Shown: positions 30,623 through 40,632 of the stretch, piece after piece
Layout of the letters: the number at the start of each line of letters is the position of its first letter
Numbering within the stretch: position 1 is the stretch's first letter
Assembly (NCBI GenBank): GCA_965649205.1
Contig: CBFGJV010000009.1
Location: 28,131 to 92,130 of the forward strand
Length of the DNA: 64,000 bases
Reading direction: 5' to 3'
DNA from: a candidate division WOR-3 bacterium
GTDB lineage: Bacteria > Hydrothermota > Tepidihabitantia > Tepidihabitantales > Tepidihabitantaceae
Notes under the pieces: model-generated
The model's input: the letters and a program-made list of their open reading frames with translations, nothing else
What the model was told of the DNA's origin: nothing
Databases searched by the model: none
Position numbers and translations under genes: made by a program

Positions 30623-31325
30623 CCCCACCTGCAAGCAGACACTTCCCGGCTGCGTTCAGCGTGGCCCCGGTTGTCATCACATCATCTACCAGCACTATTC
30701 TTTTCCCTTGCACCTCTGCGCCAGGCTGCAGACAAAACGCTCGCTCCACATTCTGGCGCCGGGCTTCATCATCCGCCAGCCCTGTCTGGCTCCTTGTGTT
30801 CCTCACCCGACGTAAAAACTCCGCCACAGGCTTACCCATATGCTGGCCCACCTCCCGCGCCAGAAGCCACGATTGATTGTAACCCCGCTCCCGTCTCCGC
30901 GCCGGATGCAGGGGAATCGGACATAGGATATCGACGCGCGCCAGTTCTGTGTCCTGCTCAGCCAGCGCTGCCAGTGCTTCTCCCAGAGGTCGGGCCAGAA
31001 CTGTCTTCTCGCCATACTTAAGCTCATGTACCAGATGCAAAAACGGAACCTCATAACATCCCAGGGCCCGCACCCGGGAAACGCAAAAGTCCACCTGACA
31101 ACGACCACAACCCTCAGAAGCGTCAACACAGGGTCGGCCACACCCTGGGCATACATCCAGCTCACTTGTCAGCAGAAGCAGCCGGCAATGGTCACAGAGC
31201 AGTCCCTCCTCTATCTCCTCCTCACAACCGAAACACACCCGTGGAAACAGAAAATCCGCCAGCGACCGTACCAGAAAGCGGCAGGGATTCAGGACGTGAG
31301 AATGCAACCGGAAAGAGAAGCGCAA
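30534..31325 (-). CDS. comF: ComF family protein (zinc ribbon plus PRTase)
   Basis: CxxC pairs, PIPLH..RRRERGYNQS, LVDDVMTTGATL. Start uncertain. Confidence 0.9.
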   Translation of the reverse strand: MRFSFRLHSHVLNPCRFLVRSLADFLFPRVCFGCEEEIEEGLLCDHCRLLLLTSELDVCPGCGRPCVDASEGCGRCQVDFCVSRVRALGCYEVPFLHLVHELKYGEKTVLARPLGEALAALAEQDTELARVDILCPIPLHPARRRERGYNQSWLLAREVGQHMGKPVAEFLRRVRNTRSQTGLADDEARRQNVERAFCLQPGAEVQGKRIVLVDDVMTTGATLNAAGKCLLAGGASEVLGLVVAAARTGSGQDGVSRPQRGKN

Positions 31326-31354
31326 AAACGCCAGCTGGTCAGGAACCTATTGTT

Positions 31355-32155
31355 TCAACGCATTCTGCCCTCTGATTTGGGCTTGTTTCCCGCTCGCCCC
31401 CTGCGCAGACACACGACAAGCATAACCACACCCACAGCGGTCAACCCCAGGGCTACTACCTGATTGCCCCAAAAATTAGACGAATTCTCGTAGTACCGCA
31501 CAAAGTCAATCCCGAACCGGAATACCGAGTACAGAATGAGTATGGTGGCAAATAACACCCCGTCCTTCAGCCGACGCCGTTCCAGCCACAGGGCAATGGC
31601 AAATAAAATAAACCCGGCTGCAGAGGAATAAAGCTGGGTTGGATGTATGTGCTGGGACGGAAAGGTGTATCCCGCGGGCGAATCTGGCGGAAACACAATG
31701 CCCGTCGGACACGCAGTCGGCTTGCCAAAGCAGCAACCATTCAGAAAACATCCTATTCTCGTGAACCCCTCACCCAGCACGATGGCAGGCGCGATGGCGT
31801 CCATCATCTTCAGAAGCGGGAGCTTCTTTGCCCACACGTACACCAGTCCGGCGATAATACCGCCAAGGAATCCGCCATAGAACATCAATCCGGCCAGCCC
31901 GCCCCGCCAGAAAGCGATGATGCCGATCAGGTCATCCTTGAACTCCTCCCAGTGGAACGCCACGTAGAACAACCGGGAACCCAGCACGACAGCCACCAGA
32001 ATCCACAGCGCCAGGTCGGTGATGTACTGGGCCGGCACACCGAATCGCCTGGCCCTGCGTTCCACCAGCCAGATGCCCACAAGGAACGAAATGAACAGCA
32101 TCAAGCCGTAGGAATAGATATGAATGTCGCCGAGTTTCAGAATAGTGGGAAACAC
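31355..32155 (-). CDS. lgt: Prolipoprotein diacylglyceryl transferase
   Basis: YSYGLM, GSRLFYV, FYGG, RIGCFLNGCCFG, HPTQLY. Confidence 0.94.
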   Translation of the reverse strand: MFPTILKLGDIHIYSYGLMLFISFLVGIWLVERRARRFGVPAQYITDLALWILVAVVLGSRLFYVAFHWEEFKDDLIGIIAFWRGGLAGLMFYGGFLGGIIAGLVYVWAKKLPLLKMMDAIAPAIVLGEGFTRIGCFLNGCCFGKPTACPTGIVFPPDSPAGYTFPSQHIHPTQLYSSAAGFILFAIALWLERRRLKDGVLFATILILYSVFRFGIDFVRYYENSSNFWGNQVVALGLTAVGVVMLVVCLRRGRAGNKPKSEGRMR

Positions 32156-32161
32156 GCCTCT

Positions 32162-32189
32162 ATGCTAGAACCGAATCGCTCACTGTCAA
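32162..32189 (-). promoter_or_regulatory. Promoter TTGACA-16-TAGCAT, 6 nt before the lgt GTG (leaderless)
   Basis: Read directly on the minus strand. Confidence 0.65.
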
Positions 32190-32272
32190 GAAAATCGGCA
32201 GTTGAGCGTTTTTCCAGAAATACACCGTGGTTATAGGCCCGCAGCCTCTTCAGCAGAGCGTCCTGCCGCTGA

Positions 32273-32395
32273 TCAGCGGGCAAGTACTATCTTCTGCACC
32301 GAGCCTGACTTCTGCCCGGCCGGCACAAGAAAGTACACACCCGCAGACCTGTTACCCAGGGTGAACGTCTCCTGGCCGGCAGGAACGAAAAACAT
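32273..32395 (-). pseudogene. 40-aa orphan fragment of a T9SS-type C-terminal tail
   Basis: MFFVPAGQETFTLGNRSAGVYFLVPAGQKSGSVQKIVLAR* resembles the (S/P)xGVY(F/L)...K.V tails of other proteins in this window. Confidence 0.6.
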
Positions 32396-32411
32396 CAGAA
32401 TTGAGCTAACG

Positions 32412-32885
32412 CTATTCCGACTCGTCTGGTACCAGACGGACCTCCAAGCCGGCTTCGGCGAGGAGCTGGCGGCTCAACTGGTCTGGGTAGAACTCAGCCA
32501 CCACAAACTCCCTGATGCCCGCATTCACCAGCATCTTGGCACAGGTGATACACGGCTCGTGCGTACAGTACAGCGTAGCGCCAGACACGTTTATTCCGAA
32601 AGAAGCCGCCTGCACCAGAGCGTTCTGCTCTGCATGAATACCGCGGCATATCTCAATGCGCTCGCCTGGCGGGATGCCCCTCTGTTCCCGCAGACAACCA
32701 AGTTCAAAACAGTGTGCCAATCCGTGTGGCACGCCGTTGTAACCGGTACAGAGTATCCGCTTATCCCGCACCAACACCGCCCCTACTTGTCTCCTTAAAC
32801 AAGTGGAACGCTCGCTCACCAGCCGGCAGATGTCCATAAAATAGCGGTCCCAGGATTTACGCTTCACCTTGCTTGCGTCAGTCAC
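32412..32885 (-). CDS. dCMP deaminase (ComEB-like)
   Basis: [30 protein letters not shown]. Confidence 0.93.
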   Translation of the reverse strand: MTDASKVKRKSWDRYFMDICRLVSERSTCLRRQVGAVLVRDKRILCTGYNGVPHGLAHCFELGCLREQRGIPPGERIEICRGIHAEQNALVQAASFGINVSGATLYCTHEPCITCAKMLVNAGIREFVVAEFYPDQLSRQLLAEAGLEVRLVPDESE

Positions 32886-32933
32886 CTAACTCAAGTCCTG
32901 TCACTGTGCTGCACCTGTATCCCTTCCTACGTC

Positions 32934-35900
32934 TCAACGCGTCTTGACAGCTTTCTGGGCAACCACCCTGCCTTCCGCTACAAACCTGACCCAGTACACT
33001 CCAGGCGCCAGTCTGCGTCCATACTCGTCATTTCCATCCCAAGCAAGGTTGTGCCTTCCCGCTTCGCTTCGGCCCGCAAACAGAGTCCTCACCCTGCGTC
33101 CCGCTCCGTCATAGACAGCCAATTCCACATTCTCCGCCTGCGCCAGGCCGTAGGAGAACTGCGCCCGCTCGACAAAAGGATTGGAATGCACCAAAAGTTC
33201 GGGACAAGAAACTGTATGCCCCTGTTCTAATTCTGCCAATCCGACCGGTCCGTCGGTCGTATATTTTATTGCCCGCCGGGGCCCCAGAGGCCAGCAGCCA
33301 TTGTTGTAGCTGTTGTCCAGCAGGCATTGAATACCTATGGTTCTGGTCTGGTCCTGTATGCCCACAGTGCTGGCGGTAAAGCCGTTGGCAGTCATATACT
33401 GCGCCACTATCACATTATTGCCAGAACCGGAGGCAAGGGTGGTATCGTAGATGATTACCTGGAATTTATCCCGTACCGACACCTGATCATAGTAGGCCAC
33501 ACTGTCGTATTCTACTATGAAGCGTTTGTTTGGTTCATCGTAGTAGTAATACACATGACCGGATCCCCCATAACCTGGATAAAGGTCATCCCAGTTCAGA
33601 CAGATAGCTCCGGGCGGCGCCTGCGGACTGGGCAGGCCAGTGTTGGAAAAGTGGGAAGTAGTATAGGTGCCCGGCACAATCCAGCCATCGGCCGAAACAG
33701 AAATCTGTGTATAGCGCTGACCGTAGTACTTGAACGGACCAAACCCTGCAGGCAAAGCCACCGGGACTACGGCATCATTGTTGGCAAAGGAAATCCTGGT
33801 GCCCACGCCCTTTATCTCTACCCAAGAATACTGCGGACAGACAGGGAAAATGGTATCCAGGTCATCATACGCCCAATACAGCGCCGGTTCTCGCGGCCCG
33901 TCCGGAATCGGGTCGATACGGCGCAGAGAACCGACAGAGAGTGAAAACTTCAGGCTGTCCGTATAGCCGGTGGCATAAAGATACAGAGTGAAGTTGCTCT
34001 CATGTCCTCTCGGTGTCCCCGGCGTGGCAAAAACGCCAAACCGGTCGAGCCTGTTAGACCCGATCGAATCCGGCTTCACGTCTCCGAACCAACCCAGAGA
34101 ATCTGTGATAACCACAAAAGCATCCGCTGTCTTCAGAATGCCGAAAAGACCCTGCAGCTCGGCCCGGCCTGCATTCCTCAGCTTCACCACCAGCTCCGCG
34201 CTTTCTCCTGGATCCAGCTTGCCATCTCCATTGCCCCGGGGCGGTGAATCAATCACCGTATTATCTACATACACGGCCTCGGGCACATTTACAGCCAGCA
34301 CCTCAATCGCATCTATGTCAAAACCGCCTGTGCCCACATTGTCGTCCACGATGCGGACGAACCTAGCCGTCTGCAGCCTCGCTGCCTCCAGATCATAACT
34401 TTTCGTGCCGGTACCCGAACCTACGAGGGTCCACGGCCCGTTCCAATTGTTAGATGCATACACCAGGCACGACTCCGGGTCGGTATCATCCTCCACCACG
34501 GTGAAATCCGGACCCGGGATGTTCACTATCGGTGTTCTGCGCCCCATATCAAAACTGGCCCAGCCGCCGCGGTCCAAAGAAAACCGGCGGCCATCGCGCT
34601 TGCGCAGAGCCCACCAGTGACTGGTAGGATTGGTATTGCTCAGCATATTGGTGAGGCATTGAAAAGCGCACACAGGCTCGCTGGCGCTGCGGGTAAGATA
34701 CACCTCCAGAAAGGCAAAGCTGTCCCGAGGCACAACCACACCGCTCACTGTCTTGGGCTGATACCCGTTTGCAGTCACGGTCACCGTGTAGGTACCCGGG
34801 TGCAGGTACTTGGCAAAGAATCCCAGGGTATCGGAGTAAACAAACCAGTCAGGCGGGGTCACGCTTACCAGAGCCTCTATCGGCCCGCCTGTCTGACTAT
34901 CGCGCACCATACCCCGGACGCCCCAACCTGCCCGCTCTATCATTTCCTTCATCGCAGTCCAGTTCTTACGGTTTATCGTATCAATCTCGCCGATAGGACT
35001 GGGCTGGCCGTTGCACACCTCTACTGCGTAGCCCATTGCTCCCAGCGCTCCGTAGTACCAGTCGGTAGAGCCGCCGTTCACCGAGTACAGCACCCGCGAA
35101 ATCTGCCCTGACTGGTAGTAGCATATCTGACCGTAACGGTCCATCTCGTACTTATAGGTAACCGAATCCCTCGTGGCAAAGGTGGTATAGCCCCAGGGCC
35201 ACATTGCCTTGGTCGTCCCGGTATGAAACTGCGTCCAAGCCACCATGGGATTATCCCGTCCCAGAAAATACAACGCCTGCACTTCAGTTTCAGAAAACAC
35301 GCTGGGCCCGCCGCCGTTCCAGGAATAACCGTAGTTGCGATTCAAATCCACTCCCCGGGCATTGGTGCGACTGCGCGACACCAGACCATCCGGATTCACA
35401 AAGGGTATGAGCCATATTTCCCGCGTATTCACCCAGCGGGTAATATCCGGGTCTGTGCCATACCTGGTGACAAGCTGTAACAAGGCGTGGTGCAGAATCT
35501 CGGTGCCGTTGTTCTCGTTCCCGTGTATCGTGGCATCAAAAAACACCCGGGGTTCTGGCTCCAGCGAGTTGGGATTGTCGGATATTTTCATGGCGATAAG
35601 CCGCCTGCCTCCGGCCGAAACACCGATGGTATCCAGCCGGCAGATATGCGGATAGCTGCGACAGATGATAGGCCAGGTGTCCATTATCTGCTGATAGGTA
35701 TGGAAGAATGCATTCAGCTCCGCGGCTCTGGCCCGCACATCCGGCACCAGCACCTCCAGACGATACCCCTTGGCCAGAAGACCCCGATAGGAACTCTCGC
35801 TCATACCACAGGTGAAGTATTCCGGAGTCACATCGTAGAACTCCAGGACCTGCTCTGCCAATGCCGGTATTTCCGCCGGCGAAACAAACACCTTCACTGT

Positions 35901-35972
35901 CATCTCTTTCTCCTCTGGCCGCGCCATCGCCGCCAGAGACAGAGTCAGCAAAACTATTATCCAACGATGCAC
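32934..35972 (-). CDS. Secreted M14 zinc carboxypeptidase with a FlgD/T9SS-type C-terminal tail
   Basis: Signal peptide, IHGNE, NPDG...RTNARGVDLNRNY, QFHTG, and a tail VYDGAGRRVRTL...WDGNDEYGRRLAPGVYW. Confidence 0.9.
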   Translation of the reverse strand: MHRWIIVLLTLSLAAMARPEEKEMTVKVFVSPAEIPALAEQVLEFYDVTPEYFTCGMSESSYRGLLAKGYRLEVLVPDVRARAAELNAFFHTYQQIMDTWPIICRSYPHICRLDTIGVSAGGRRLIAMKISDNPNSLEPEPRVFFDATIHGNENNGTEILHHALLQLVTRYGTDPDITRWVNTREIWLIPFVNPDGLVSRSRTNARGVDLNRNYGYSWNGGGPSVFSETEVQALYFLGRDNPMVAWTQFHTGTTKAMWPWGYTTFATRDSVTYKYEMDRYGQICYYQSGQISRVLYSVNGGSTDWYYGALGAMGYAVEVCNGQPSPIGEIDTINRKNWTAMKEMIERAGWGVRGMVRDSQTGGPIEALVSVTPPDWFVYSDTLGFFAKYLHPGTYTVTVTANGYQPKTVSGVVVPRDSFAFLEVYLTRSASEPVCAFQCLTNMLSNTNPTSHWWALRKRDGRRFSLDRGGWASFDMGRRTPIVNIPGPDFTVVEDDTDPESCLVYASNNWNGPWTLVGSGTGTKSYDLEAARLQTARFVRIVDDNVGTGGFDIDAIEVLAVNVPEAVYVDNTVIDSPPRGNGDGKLDPGESAELVVKLRNAGRAELQGLFGILKTADAFVVITDSLGWFGDVKPDSIGSNRLDRFGVFATPGTPRGHESNFTLYLYATGYTDSLKFSLSVGSLRRIDPIPDGPREPALYWAYDDLDTIFPVCPQYSWVEIKGVGTRISFANNDAVVPVALPAGFGPFKYYGQRYTQISVSADGWIVPGTYTTSHFSNTGLPSPQAPPGAICLNWDDLYPGYGGSGHVYYYYDEPNKRFIVEYDSVAYYDQVSVRDKFQVIIYDTTLASGSGNNVIVAQYMTANGFTASTVGIQDQTRTIGIQCLLDNSYNNGCWPLGPRRAIKYTTDGPVGLAELEQGHTVSCPELLVHSNPFVERAQFSYGLAQAENVELAVYDGAGRRVRTLFAGRSEAGRHNLAWDGNDEYGRRLAPGVYWVRFVAEGRVVAQKAVKTR

Positions 35973-36056
35973 GCTTCCTCCCTTATTGTCGCAAGCATGG
36001 AAACGCTACGGACGCAGAACAAACCTCTTGCCCTGCCAAGCTATTACTTGCGGTCT

Positions 36057-36692
36057 TCACTTTGTCCTGCCCTCAACCCAGACCACCTTCGGGCTAGACC
36101 ATTCACTGATATGCTCCAGACTGTCCTTTGCCCTGGCCCTGACCTCAAATACCCCGGGCCGCAAAAACACATACAGTATCTTGACGATACTGTCAGGCAA
36201 TACAAACCTGCTCCACTCTGTAAGTACCTCGCCAAAACAGAACTGCACCGCCACCCTTTCCTGCAGGGGATGACCGGCCCGGGTGATGAATTGCACCGTA
36301 TCTCCCACCATAGCTGTATCTGGTCCTACAGGTCGCCGGGGAACTAAAGGTCCGTAATCCCTGATACTCACCTGGATACTGTCTGACCAGCCTGTCTCTT
36401 GCCGTCTGTCCTTTGCCCGACAGCTTACTTGGAAGACACCTGTGTCGGCGTACCGGTGAATCTCGCTATACTCTGTGCCTGCAGCCATCCAGCCAGACCA
36501 CTCTCCCTGGCTGCCATCGCCCCAACGAAACTGATAACTCACCGAGTCACCCTCCTGGTCTGCAGCCAGACAAGAAAACCGCAAGTCTGCATTAGGTCTG
36601 CCCATTTGCGGACCAAACAACAAAGGCGTGTAAGGCGGTTCGTTGGCGCATCCGCCCAGGATTAGCGCCGCCAGAGCAACCAGTTGCCGCAC
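36057..36692 (-). CDS. PKD-domain lipoprotein
   Basis: Lipobox LGGC; D.EGD.V.YQF.WGDG and RAKD...WS repeats. Confidence 0.8.
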   Translation of the reverse strand: MRQLVALAALILGGCANEPPYTPLLFGPQMGRPNADLRFSCLAADQEGDSVSYQFRWGDGSQGEWSGWMAAGTEYSEIHRYADTGVFQVSCRAKDRRQETGWSDSIQVSIRDYGPLVPRRPVGPDTAMVGDTVQFITRAGHPLQERVAVQFCFGEVLTEWSRFVLPDSIVKILYVFLRPGVFEVRARAKDSLEHISEWSSPKVVWVEGRTK

Positions 36693-36698
36693 TCTTTC

Positions 36699-36727
36699 AG
36701 ACTACGCCAGCCTTGACCGCATGTCAA
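36699..36727 (-). promoter_or_regulatory. Promoter TTGACA-17-TAGTCT, 6 nt before the GTG (leaderless)
   Basis: Read directly on the minus strand. Confidence 0.6.
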
Positions 36728-36739
36728 CCGTCTTCTTGT

Positions 36740-37558
36740 TCAAGGGCCGGCCCTGACACTTTGCCTCGTCTGTCTGGCCAGCCACCGACACGCCTCCAGC
36801 ACTTCGGTCCTCGGCCCGTTGGTATGCTCGCCCTCAGTCACCACCAGCTTTGTCACCACGCCATACTCGCCCAGTAAACGCGCCATCGTCTCATTATCCA
36901 CCCTATTCCAGTCCGCAACCCGGGTAATCAGATACGCAAAGTGCTTGGTCAGAGTCTCCTTTTCAGCCAGCTCCAGGGCGCCGGCATGCGCGCAGGTAGT
37001 GATGACCCCCCGGAACATTTCCGGATGCAGAAACATAGCCGCCAGAGCCTGCACTCCCTGACCAGAATACCCGCAAACAAACAACCATTCCGGGTCAACA
37101 GGAAAGTTATGCAAGAGTTTGCCCGCGGTGCGGACAATATCGGCGTCATTGCGCATCATATCTCGGTGATTTCTTGTCGCGTGACACGAAGCCACAATCC
37201 AGCCCAGCGAATCACCCACCAGACGGAAAGAATCAAGGTCCTCCGCTCTGGCGCCGTCACAATGCAACACCAAGAGCGCCGGAAATTTTGTCCGCGGGTC
37301 GCTCGCCACTTTCTCCCCCACCGCCCGCGGCACATAGAAACAGTCCGAATCCGCATCGCAGACAAAACCAGCTATGACCGGAATAGAGCTGTCCGCTGCG
37401 GTCTGCTCACCAGCCATACGAGAAGCCGCCGACCTGCGGCCGACATTATGCGCGGCCTCCGCATCGGTCTTTCCTGTCGGCGAAGCACAGGACAAAAGAA
37501 ACCACAAACCCGCCATTACGCTCAGAATTCCGCGCAAACGCCAACTACTGTCGCACAT
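36740..37558 (-). CDS. Alpha/beta hydrolase-fold lipoprotein (esterase-like)
   Basis: Lipobox LLSC, PALLVLH, nucleophile elbow GYSGQG, GEH near the C-terminus. Start uncertain. Confidence 0.7.
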   Translation of the reverse strand: MCDSSWRLRGILSVMAGLWFLLSCASPTGKTDAEAAHNVGRRSAASRMAGEQTAADSSIPVIAGFVCDADSDCFYVPRAVGEKVASDPRTKFPALLVLHCDGARAEDLDSFRLVGDSLGWIVASCHATRNHRDMMRNDADIVRTAGKLLHNFPVDPEWLFVCGYSGQGVQALAAMFLHPEMFRGVITTCAHAGALELAEKETLTKHFAYLITRVADWNRVDNETMARLLGEYGVVTKLVVTEGEHTNGPRTEVLEACRWLARQTRQSVRAGP

Positions 37559-38666
37559 ACACTATCAGCCCTGCAGCCAAAGCGCCAAAAACGATATTGG
37601 GCAGCCAGGCCGCCATCGCCGGGCTAATAACATGAGAAGTGCCATAAGCCCGGCTCATCTGGATTGCGCCCCAGTACAGAAAAGAAATGAGCAACCCCAG
37701 TCCCAGTCCCAGCATCGTGCCGCCCCGCTTAAGCCGCACCGAAAGCGGCAGTCCCAGCAACACCACAATCAGACCGATGAAGGCATAGGAAAAGCGGTAA
37801 TGATACTCCACCTCCTCATCTGCCACATCCTCTCCTGCCCGCCTCATCCGGCCAATATAGAGCTTCAGCTCGCGCGTAGAAGTCTCCTGCACCGGCCGCA
37901 CCGTACGCGTGAAATCATCCGGCGTCTCCGTCACCCCGGCAAGCACCATCGTATCCGCCTGCGTCAGCGTCTCCTCATCGTTTGGCCCGAAATCGCGCCT
38001 TGTCACCTGGTAACCTATCCAGACCCCCTTCCCGCCTACCCTGCCAGACCTGGACTCTTTTCCCGCCGCGGAAACATACTCGGCTCGGGCTCCGTCATAA
38101 CGTCTTCTTACCCGCCTCTCTGCATCCAGCTCCTGAATAGAAAAGCCCTCCATCACCCCCCGGGAATCAAACTCCCGGATACTGAAAATCCGGCCACTCT
38201 CGCCCACATAGTAAACATCCCTCCGCCTCTGCACCGTCTCTACGGTTCGTCGCTCAATACGTCGCGCCCGCAGGTCTGCCAACGCGGCATTAGCCGGTAT
38301 GGTGACAAACTCGTTACCCACAAGACACACCACCACCGTAGCCAGCCCCAGACCCATCGTCGGAGCAAACAGCCGCAAAGCCCGTATTCCGGCGCTCTCC
38401 AGCGCGTGCAACTCCCGATGTCTTGTCATCTGACCGTGGACCACAAAAACTGCCAGCAACAGACTCACCGGATACAGAAGCGTCACTGCCGCCGGCAGAC
38501 TGTAAAGATAATAAAGCAGCACCACTCCCAGACCCACCCTACGGTTGAGAAAATAATTCAACTCCTGAAAAAGGTCTATGAGCAGGTAAATAACCACCAC
38601 AGACAAAAGCGCCAGCAGCACAAACTTCAGCATCTCCCGCAACAGGTACCGGTCCAGTATCTTCAA
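37545..38666 (-). CDS. lptG: LptG-family permease
   Basis: MKILDRYL, ELHALESAGI, AAWLPNIVF; paired with lptF. Confidence 0.85.
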   Translation of the reverse strand: MKILDRYLLREMLKFVLLALLSVVVIYLLIDLFQELNYFLNRRVGLGVVLLYYLYSLPAAVTLLYPVSLLLAVFVVHGQMTRHRELHALESAGIRALRLFAPTMGLGLATVVVCLVGNEFVTIPANAALADLRARRIERRTVETVQRRRDVYYVGESGRIFSIREFDSRGVMEGFSIQELDAERRVRRRYDGARAEYVSAAGKESRSGRVGGKGVWIGYQVTRRDFGPNDEETLTQADTMVLAGVTETPDDFTRTVRPVQETSTRELKLYIGRMRRAGEDVADEEVEYHYRFSYAFIGLIVVLLGLPLSVRLKRGGTMLGLGLGLLISFLYWGAIQMSRAYGTSHVISPAMAAWLPNIVFGALAAGLIVYVRQ

Positions 38667-39901
38667 CCTGTTCTCCCACCAAAACTCAGAAGCGAACGTT
38701 CAAAAAACGCCCGACCTGCCAGCTCTGCCACCGGCGCGAGCAGAATGATATTAGGCAGCCACATACCGGGAAAAGCCGACAACTTACCCGCGTCTACAAA
38801 ATTCTCGCCTGCCGACAGCAATACATAATAGACCGCGAAAAATACCAGCCCCACCATAAAACCTGTGCCAATCCCTCCCCGCCGCAACACCACGCCCAGC
38901 GGAATACCGAACAAAGCAAAAAAGAAACAGGAAAAAGCCAGAGACAGGCTCTTGTGAAACTCACCCTCATAACGCAACCTCTCCAGCCGCTTGTACTGCA
39001 GACGGGTTTTCAACTCATCCAGCTTCAACCTGCCGGCTTCGTTATCCGGTGTAACCGAGCCGGCTTCGGCCAGCCCGCGTCTCAAACCCTTTTCCTCTTG
39101 CCGCAACTGTCGCACCTGCCGCAACAACTGCGTCAGTGTCATTTCCTGATCCCCCCGATACTCCCGGTCCCTCCGGATAAGCTCCACATCCATAGGCACA
39201 TTTAGCACATGGCGGCGAAAGAGCAGCCGGCGATACTTATTACTGTCACCCAGCTCGTGCATCTCGCCGTCATACAAAGTCAGAACCATATAGCGGTCAT
39301 CCTCCGTGTAGCCAATATGCCCTCTGGCCGCAGTCACAAACCCGCCCAGCTGCTTACCCGGCTTCTTTTCAAAAACAGCCACATTCCTGACGCGCGAATG
39401 GCGCTGGTCAATAGAACCGATATAAATCATATAGCTGCCGAAATCGTCCATAAACACCCCTTCCCTGATGCGCAACGCTGGCCGTTTCCGGGCCACATCA
39501 GTAAGAAGGTTCCGCACCTTGTGCTGCGACTCGGGCACCACAAAACCATTGAACCCGGCCATTGCCAGCATCAGAAACACACATACTACTGCAGTCGGCA
39601 TCACCACCCGGGTAAGAGGAATGCCTGCGGCCCGTATCACCCTTACCTCATTATCCTCTGCCATCCGGCCAAACGAAATCACTCCGGCAATCAGACTGCC
39701 CAAAGGTGCGCACACACTCAGAACAAAAGGCAGAGACAGAACCATTATCTCGCCTACCACCACCACCGCTATTCCCTTGCGCACCAGAAGGTCGGCCAAC
39801 AAAAACAGCCGGTCCATCAACAGCACAAAAGCGAGCACAGCAATAGCCAGGAAAAAGGGCGGAATGAACTGCTTCAGCGCATAACGCTGCAGAATTGTCA
39901 C
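38663..39901 (-). CDS. lptF: LptF-family permease
   Basis: (M)TILQRYAL, GRMAEDNEV..IRAAGI, MWLPNII. Start moved to GTG at 39901. Confidence 0.85.
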   Translation of the reverse strand: MTILQRYALKQFIPPFFLAIAVLAFVLLMDRLFLLADLLVRKGIAVVVVGEIMVLSLPFVLSVCAPLGSLIAGVISFGRMAEDNEVRVIRAAGIPLTRVVMPTAVVCVFLMLAMAGFNGFVVPESQHKVRNLLTDVARKRPALRIREGVFMDDFGSYMIYIGSIDQRHSRVRNVAVFEKKPGKQLGGFVTAARGHIGYTEDDRYMVLTLYDGEMHELGDSNKYRRLLFRRHVLNVPMDVELIRRDREYRGDQEMTLTQLLRQVRQLRQEEKGLRRGLAEAGSVTPDNEAGRLKLDELKTRLQYKRLERLRYEGEFHKSLSLAFSCFFFALFGIPLGVVLRRGGIGTGFMVGLVFFAVYYVLLSAGENFVDAGKLSAFPGMWLPNIILLAPVAELAGRAFFERSLLSFGGRTG

Positions 39902-39907
39902 CGGCTG

Positions 39908-39935
39908 ATAATAGCCGAACATACCCACCATGCAA
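39908..39935 (-). promoter_or_regulatory. Promoter TTGCAT-16-TATTAT, 6 nt before the lptF GTG (leaderless)
   Basis: Read directly on the minus strand. Confidence 0.6.
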
Positions 39936-40494
39936 GACCTGCCAAGCCGCAAGACAAACACGAAAAACACCGCCGTCTTCTGCCTTCCCGACTGGATATA
40001 GGCACCACGGCAAAATCGTAACCTCTTTCCCGAACGAGCTCCGCAGCCTTACCCCGCCCTCACGAACCGCCCAAACCTCGTCTGCATTCCCGAAACGCAA
40101 ACCAACCCACACACGAAATCCTCCTGTACCTAATGCACCTTACTATCAGCCGTTTCAACCCATTAGAATACAACCAGTTCTGCCACTAACTCACACTAGT
40201 TCTGACTCCGCCCCATATCCTCTCGGCAATTCACGGCCTCACACGGTCTGCGAACAACCCAATCCCGCGGTATCCTGCCATCCAGGCCGTTGGGGGAGTC
40301 ACTCCCCCCTCTGCCCGGTCGGCCACATCCGACCTTTTGACCCCTGAGTATCTTTTCACTACACTGGCGTGCAATGTGTAACTTGGCTGCCATTTCCAAT
40401 CTAAGGATTACAAAGCAGTTACACAAAAAACCCGTACCGTCTCCGGCTCCAGCACCGGCAGACAACCGCATAATTCCTGCGAAGTCCGCCCGAA

Positions 40495-40632
40495 ATGCTA
40501 CAGAATCTCGGCGAAGCTGATACTCGGGCAAAACTGATTGACCCGGCCCTGCACGCCCGCGGCTGGACCGAGGACCTCATCCGTCGCGAATAAACCGCCG
40601 GGGCAAATAATTAGCACAGACGGCCAGCAGCA
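40495..40632 (+). pseudogene. hsdR: Remnant of a type I restriction enzyme R subunit (EcoAI-like N-terminus)
   Basis: MLQNLGEADTRAKLIDPALHARGWTEDLIRRE*TAGA followed by a frameshift; EADTR.KLIDP.L...GW is the HsdR N-terminal signature as I recall it. Confidence 0.75.

Noticed and set aside
37374..38828. 484-aa + strand ORF (and similar ones at 24104..25198, 47106..47969, 61241..62113)
   Set aside because: Each lies antisense to a well-supported gene (lptG, rpsA, ACAD, BNR protein) and has no domain signature.
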